A stretch of 38,369 bases of DNA, taken from positions 1 to 38,369 of IMG/VR virus record IMGVR_UViG_3300030104_004449, one strand, 5' to 3'. A program made the translations under genes and the position numbers. Of the stretch, positions 33,937 to 38,369 are shown in pieces (position 1 is the stretch's first letter; the number at the start of each line of letters is the position of its first letter). The notes beneath the pieces were generated by a model. That model had not been told where the DNA came from and did no database searches. It worked only from the letters and a program-made list of their open reading frames with translations. This stretch comes from a virus. Taxonomy: Duplodnaviria; Caudoviricetes.

Positions 33937-35303
33937 CATTCACAGGAAGCAATGGTCTATTTACAAGACTTGGAAAAATATTTAGAGTTGCAGAAATTAT
34001 TGAAAGTCATCAAACAGGAAGCAATAGTATCGGTGAAGAAATAGAAGATGCAGTAGATGAATTTAATTCTACTGACATGCACATGGTTTCAGATTTTACT
34101 GCTAAGGATGCTATATTAAATCAACAAAAAGCATCAGCAAATGTTTATTATGCTGTTAGAGATACTGCAAGAAGAACTGTAATTGAAATGGTTAATAATG
34201 ACACTTCTCTAAATCAAAAAACTTTAAGATTAGCAGTTGAAGAATTAATTGAACAAATGGGTACATCAAATGATGTCGCAGATGCTGTTTTTTCTGTAGG
34301 TGGTGATGATTCTCCAAATGCAATTTCGGGAACTGGTAACGGAGTTTACTTTACTTCTTCATCAAACGGAGAAGGTAAAAAATTCCAATATTTAAGAACA
34401 GGCTCAACTGCTTTAGAGTGTGTAAGAGATGCACAAGTTAGTGGTACTGCGGGTCGTGAAACATTTACATTAATGAGCGACAGAGCAATTTCAGATATTC
34501 GTGACCCCAATTTTCCAGGTGGTTATGGAAACACTAATACTATTTCTGTTTCTGACCCATCATATTCACAATCAAATGCTATTGGTCGAAACATGTTAAA
34601 CAATGGTGACTTTGAAAATTTTGCAGTTGCAAACACGCCAGATAATTGGACTATTGCAACAGGTACAGTTGGAACAACATTATTTGAAAACACAGGTTAT
34701 CATCGAGGTGCTAAATGTTTAAGGTACAAAGGCGATGGTTCACAACTTACAAAAATTACTCAAACTTTTAATACAGCAGGTCAAACAACTGCAAAGTTTA
34801 GACCACAAACAAGATATGCTTTGTGTTTTTGGGTAAAAGTTGATTCAGGTGTATCAGCAGGTGTTCTTAAAGTTCGCATTTACAAAGCCGATGGTACAAC
34901 TGTTTTAGACACAGCAGACATTACTGTAACAGGTACAGACTTAACAGATGATACATGGACAGCAAAGGCCGTAACATTTTCTACTCCATTAGTTTTAGAT
35001 TCAAGTTACAGCATCAGCGTAGAACTTACAACTGCATTAACAAATAACGGAAATCTTTACGTTGATGGTTTGCAAGTTTTTAGGATGCAACATTTAACTA
35101 ATGAGTCTAGTTTTCATATTGCAGTAATACCAGGTTCAACAGATTTTGTTTTAAAAGATTCAGCAAAATTAAATTTAACTCAATCAACTGTAAGCAAATT
35201 TCAAAAATATCTAAACAAATTTTTAGGTTTAGAGGAATTAGGTTTACAAATTCCATTTGTTACAGATGGTTCTGAAACAGCCGCCGATAGTTTGATTGCG
35301 TGA
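33927..35303 (+). CDS. Virion structural protein with an inserted CBM4/9-like carbohydrate-binding domain
   Basis: NMLNNGDFE...PDNWT...TRYALCFWVK...WT...TF...YVDGLQV; helical N-terminus. Confidence 0.65.
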   Translation: MAITFTGSNGLFTRLGKIFRVAEIIESHQTGSNSIGEEIEDAVDEFNSTDMHMVSDFTAKDAILNQQKASANVYYAVRDTARRTVIEMVNNDTSLNQKTLRLAVEELIEQMGTSNDVADAVFSVGGDDSPNAISGTGNGVYFTSSSNGEGKKFQYLRTGSTALECVRDAQVSGTAGRETFTLMSDRAISDIRDPNFPGGYGNTNTISVSDPSYSQSNAIGRNMLNNGDFENFAVANTPDNWTIATGTVGTTLFENTGYHRGAKCLRYKGDGSQLTKITQTFNTAGQTTAKFRPQTRYALCFWVKVDSGVSAGVLKVRIYKADGTTVLDTADITVTGTDLTDDTWTAKAVTFSTPLVLDSSYSISVELTTALTNNGNLYVDGLQVFRMQHLTNESSFHIAVIPGSTDFVLKDSAKLNLTQSTVSKFQKYLNKFLGLEELGLQIPFVTDGSETAADSLIA

Positions 35304-35309
35304 TGCTTT

Positions 35310-35768
35310 ATGGGATTAACTACGCAAAGAGAAATTTATGAAGGTATACTTGTAGACTTAAAAGCAGGGGTAAGTAGTGTGCATAATGATTACATTTATG
35401 TAACTCCTATGCCATTGTTTTCTCCTGCTGATTCAGTTTATATACAACTTATACCTGGTGTTCCTACAATACAAACAGACATAACTGGACTTGGTTTAAT
35501 TGAAGAAACATTTAAAGTTGCTGTTTGGGCTAGAGTGTTTCTTGACGTATCAGGACAATCAACAGAAAGAATAACTGATAGCACTTATGGCGTAATGTCA
35601 GTTATGGGTGAAGTTCGACAAGCCTTGATACACGATAATGCAAACGGCGAAGCAACTATTCCAATACGTTGGATTTCAGGTTCTAATGCTGTTGAATCAA
35701 ATGATGCGCCAGGTTGGGTTTATTACGAAGATACATATCAAATAGGTTATGAGATAACGTGGAGTTAA
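35310..35768 (+). CDS. Putative tail terminator/completion protein
   Basis: 152 aa alpha/beta pattern in the tail module; assignment from size and context only. Confidence 0.5.
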   Translation: MGLTTQREIYEGILVDLKAGVSSVHNDYIYVTPMPLFSPADSVYIQLIPGVPTIQTDITGLGLIEETFKVAVWARVFLDVSGQSTERITDSTYGVMSVMGEVRQALIHDNANGEATIPIRWISGSNAVESNDAPGWVYYEDTYQIGYEITWS

Positions 35769-35771
35769 AAA

Positions 35772-36827
35772 ATGGCTGAAAATTTAGGTACTATTGACAT
35801 TGCGGTAAAATCTGATTCTCAACAAATAGAACAATCATTTGATGATGGTAGTAAAAAAGCAGGTAGAAATATTGGAGATGCTTTATCGGGAATACTTGGT
35901 AGTTTTATGGGAGGTTTTGGTACAGCCGCCGGCCGAGCAGTAGGTGCGGGAATTTCTGTATTTGGAATGCCAGGTAGAAAAAGAACTTTGCCAGGTTCTA
36001 CTCCATTAACTGTAGGAGGAAATCCAGTTGGTTCGGCGGGAATAGCAAGAATTATACCTATTCTTGGAAAAATTGCTTTAGTTGCAGGTGCTTTAACAGG
36101 TTTAACTTTTGCAATTAAAAAAGTAATAAATAGTATTATCAATTTCGGTAGCAACATGGAAAACATGTCACATAAGTTTGCGGGAATAAATGCAAATCTT
36201 GCAGAACTATCAGCGAGAAAAAAAATATCTTCTTTACTTAGAGATATGACTTTTGCTGAAATGATTGAACCTGTTGTTAAATCTTCATCTGATGCTATGG
36301 GAAGATTTAAAGATATTACAAACCGAGTAAGTGCTGTCTTTCTAGTTGTAAAAAATGTAATTGCAAACAATTTTATTAATATTATGTCTATTGTAATAGA
36401 AGGAATGTTAGGTTTTGCAAAAGCATTTTTACCTGTTATAAAAATCATAGTAAACTTTACAACTGTAATGGGTAGATTGTTAGAAATTTTGTTTGGTTTT
36501 ATAAGCAATCCTATAAAATTTATTTCTGACACAGTTACAGGCAAAAATGCAAGACTCTTTGATTTAGACAGTTTAGTTGAAGAAATTTCAGGAACTAATG
36601 AAGCATTAGACAAAATATTTAATGTTATAGAAGAAGAAACAACAGCAAACAAAGTTCAAAGAATCAATGATATTTTTAGTTCTGTTGGAACTGATTTGTC
36701 TATGGGTTCTTGGACTCCACCAAGCCCTGCAACACAATCTAATAATCAAAGCAACAAGCCAATACCAAATAATAATAACAATAATAACCGAGGCATGGGT
36801 GGAGGTTTTGGTGTAGGTTTTCATTAG
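35772..36827 (+). CDS. Putative short tape measure protein, 351 aa
   Basis: MAENLGTIDIAV start typical of TMPs; Gly/Ala-rich amphipathic and hydrophobic helices. Confidence 0.6.
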   Translation: MAENLGTIDIAVKSDSQQIEQSFDDGSKKAGRNIGDALSGILGSFMGGFGTAAGRAVGAGISVFGMPGRKRTLPGSTPLTVGGNPVGSAGIARIIPILGKIALVAGALTGLTFAIKKVINSIINFGSNMENMSHKFAGINANLAELSARKKISSLLRDMTFAEMIEPVVKSSSDAMGRFKDITNRVSAVFLVVKNVIANNFINIMSIVIEGMLGFAKAFLPVIKIIVNFTTVMGRLLEILFGFISNPIKFISDTVTGKNARLFDLDSLVEEISGTNEALDKIFNVIEEETTANKVQRINDIFSSVGTDLSMGSWTPPSPATQSNNQSNKPIPNNNNNNNRGMGGGFGVGFH

Positions 36828-36859
36828 AAATGTTTGTAGAAATAACAGGTTAAAATAAT

Positions 36860-38369
36860 ATGTCTTATAAAATTACATACAATGGATTTGGTTCTGAAGG
36901 TGCAGACAATAATCACAAATGGACTCACTTAAAAGTAAACGAATATTCTAGTAGTCCAGAATTTTCGAGTGATGACCAAACACATTGGTCTACAAAACAT
37001 ACTATTTCAGGAACTGCATTGTTAAATGTAGATACTGCTTTAACAACAACAATAGATAATGCTAGACAAAGACTTAGTAAGGTTGGAAAAAATCTAATTA
37101 TAAAATTAGGGTCTACAACTATTGCTAATGTAGGTTTAGATAGTGTTTCTTCTTTATCTTCTCCATATGCAAGTAGCACTGGTGAATATGTAATAGCAGG
37201 AAATACAGATTTAACAGGTTATCCTAGATGCAGATTTGAAATCAATGAGTTTTTTGGTTCACAAAATGCTATGGTAAGTTTTACATTTACTTGGTATGAA
37301 TCTGTAAATGACGGTGATGCTTCAGAAGATTTAAGTTATTCTGTTTTATCTCATGTATGGAAACAATCTTTTACTATACAAGAAAATGGTATGCAACAAT
37401 GGTCGGTAAATGGAACTTTAAAAATACGTCCATATGCTCCCGCAGGAGATGGTGGAGCAAACTTAGGAAGAAATCCAGACTCGTATAGAGATTTGGTAAT
37501 GCCATCAATTCCTCCAACTTTTAGAATCAAATCTATGCAATGGGGAAGCAACGAAAAAGGAGATACACTTTTATATAACTTGGTTTTTCAAGAGCATGCA
37601 AGAAGATTACCTGCTCCTGCAAAAAGAGGTACAGGTAATTTTGTGTTTAGAAAATCTCTTGATTCACAAGGAGGCTTGTTAGGTCATAAACTTTTTACAG
37701 CAGAATTGGAAGGAAGTGCAAAATCTAAAACAACTGATTTATTATCAAGTCTATTAGATGCTAGCACAAAAAGAATTAGATGGACTGGCGAAAATAGAGA
37801 CATGATAACTTCTATCTCTGTTAGCGAAAGAGATATATTTTCTAAAAAATTAATTGGTTTGAAAGTTGAAGCAAGGGGTCTTGACCCAAATATAGATGAA
37901 ACTATACAAGGTGGAATTGCTTCTAGTTTAAACTTCGGAATTTTAAGTGATTTTGTAGACGATGAAAATATTTCAGAATCGGGAAGTGTTTGGGGTGATT
38001 CTTTAATATGTTCTTTTAAACGACAGTTTTTTATTCCGTATGCAAATTACACACAAGAAACTTTTCCTGTTGCCCAACTTATGGCTATGCCAAATAGTCC
38101 ACACGAAGGAACTATTGTACATACTAATAATCAAGGAAATGTTACTGAAGATTTTTATGCGCTTGATAACAAAGTCGATGATATAGGGGGAAAACCAACT
38201 ACTAGTTCTCCTCCAGATTTAACAGGAGATGAATGGGGAGAAGATTCTCAATCTTCAGAATCTCAAAACAACAAATACATTAAAGTTACTGGCATAGAAC
38301 GAGTAACAGTTAATAACAACATAGCAGTTGCATCAACTAATTCATCAACTCCAAGAAACATACCTATAA
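36860..38369 (+). CDS. Tail protein, open to the window end (not in the ORF track); about 646 aa when joined to 1-436
   Basis: Manual translation MSYKITYNGFG...STPRNIPI shows no stop for 503 codons. Confidence 0.85.
   Translation, partial: MSYKITYNGFGSEGADNNHKWTHLKVNEYSSSPEFSSDDQTHWSTKHTISGTALLNVDTALTTTIDNARQRLSKVGKNLIIKLGSTTIANVGLDSVSSLSSPYASSTGEYVIAGNTDLTGYPRCRFEINEFFGSQNAMVSFTFTWYESVNDGDASEDLSYSVLSHVWKQSFTIQENGMQQWSVNGTLKIRPYAPAGDGGANLGRNPDSYRDLVMPSIPPTFRIKSMQWGSNEKGDTLLYNLVFQEHARRLPAPAKRGTGNFVFRKSLDSQGGLLGHKLFTAELEGSAKSKTTDLLSSLLDASTKRIRWTGENRDMITSISVSERDIFSKKLIGLKVEARGLDPNIDETIQGGIASSLNFGILSDFVDDENISESGSVWGDSLICSFKRQFFIPYANYTQETFPVAQLMAMPNSPHEGTIVHTNNQGNVTEDFYALDNKVDDIGGKPTTSSPPDLTGDEWGEDSQSSESQNNKYIKVTGIERVTVNNNIAVASTNSSTPRNIPI

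Larger units (their letters stand above)
1..38369. mobile_element. Tailed dsDNA bacteriophage genome (Caudoviricetes; Mu-like head module, siphovirus-like tail), likely complete and circularly permuted
   Basis: Terminase, portal, MuF, protease, capsid and tail genes in canonical order; no host housekeeping genes; the ends join in frame through a 5-nt TATAA overlap. Confidence 0.95.

Noticed and set aside
35819-36652. 277-aa minus-strand ORF
   Set aside because: Antisense shadow of the TMP-like gene; no RBS or motif; against operon direction
1-38369. Stop-codon reassignment
   Set aside because: Standard code gives dense, coupled, full-length ORFs; TAA, TGA and TAG all behave as stops

Overview
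This window is a near-complete or complete, probably circularly permuted, AT-rich tailed dsDNA phage genome of about 38.4 kb. The last 5 nt (TATAA) equal the first 5 nt, and merging them fuses the open ORF from 36860 in frame with the ORF ending at 436. Layout: distal tail and receptor genes, including a LamG protein and a very Cys-rich protein (1-6467); accessory and membrane genes (6448-8153); a leftward early operon with Sak-like annealase, SSB, AlpA-like HTH and pyrimidine-dimer glycosylase (8159-10400); replication initiator, RecE-like exonuclease and other nucleases (10521-16075); putative lysis membrane genes (16185-17214); terminase (17619-19413); a DNA methyltransferase moron; a Mu-like head module (DUF935 portal, MuF, gpI-like protease/scaffold, cement, capsid); and a siphovirus-like tail with a lambda-type GGGAAAG -1 frameshift. 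I recognised no integrase, transposase, CI repressor, polymerase, tRNA or endolysin. The most striking feature lies between portal and protease (22256-28485): six cargo modules (three ART-PolyVal-like ADP-ribosyltransferases, a divergent ART-like domain, a HEXXH zincin with a small downstream partner ORF, and an unknown module). Each module is headed by the same 18-aa Cys-bracketed tag, CGAG(K/T)xxxxGFQPGNTCA, usually just after a [FYH]-[AS] dipeptide, and the array seems embedded in a split MuF gene. This is a candidate capsid-addressing and protease-release system for injected effectors. A GACC-type Cys repeat and a PSPG-type PEP-CTERM-like tail suggest a Planctomycetota (Phycisphaerae) host. 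All family names come from motif recognition by eye, not from database searches.
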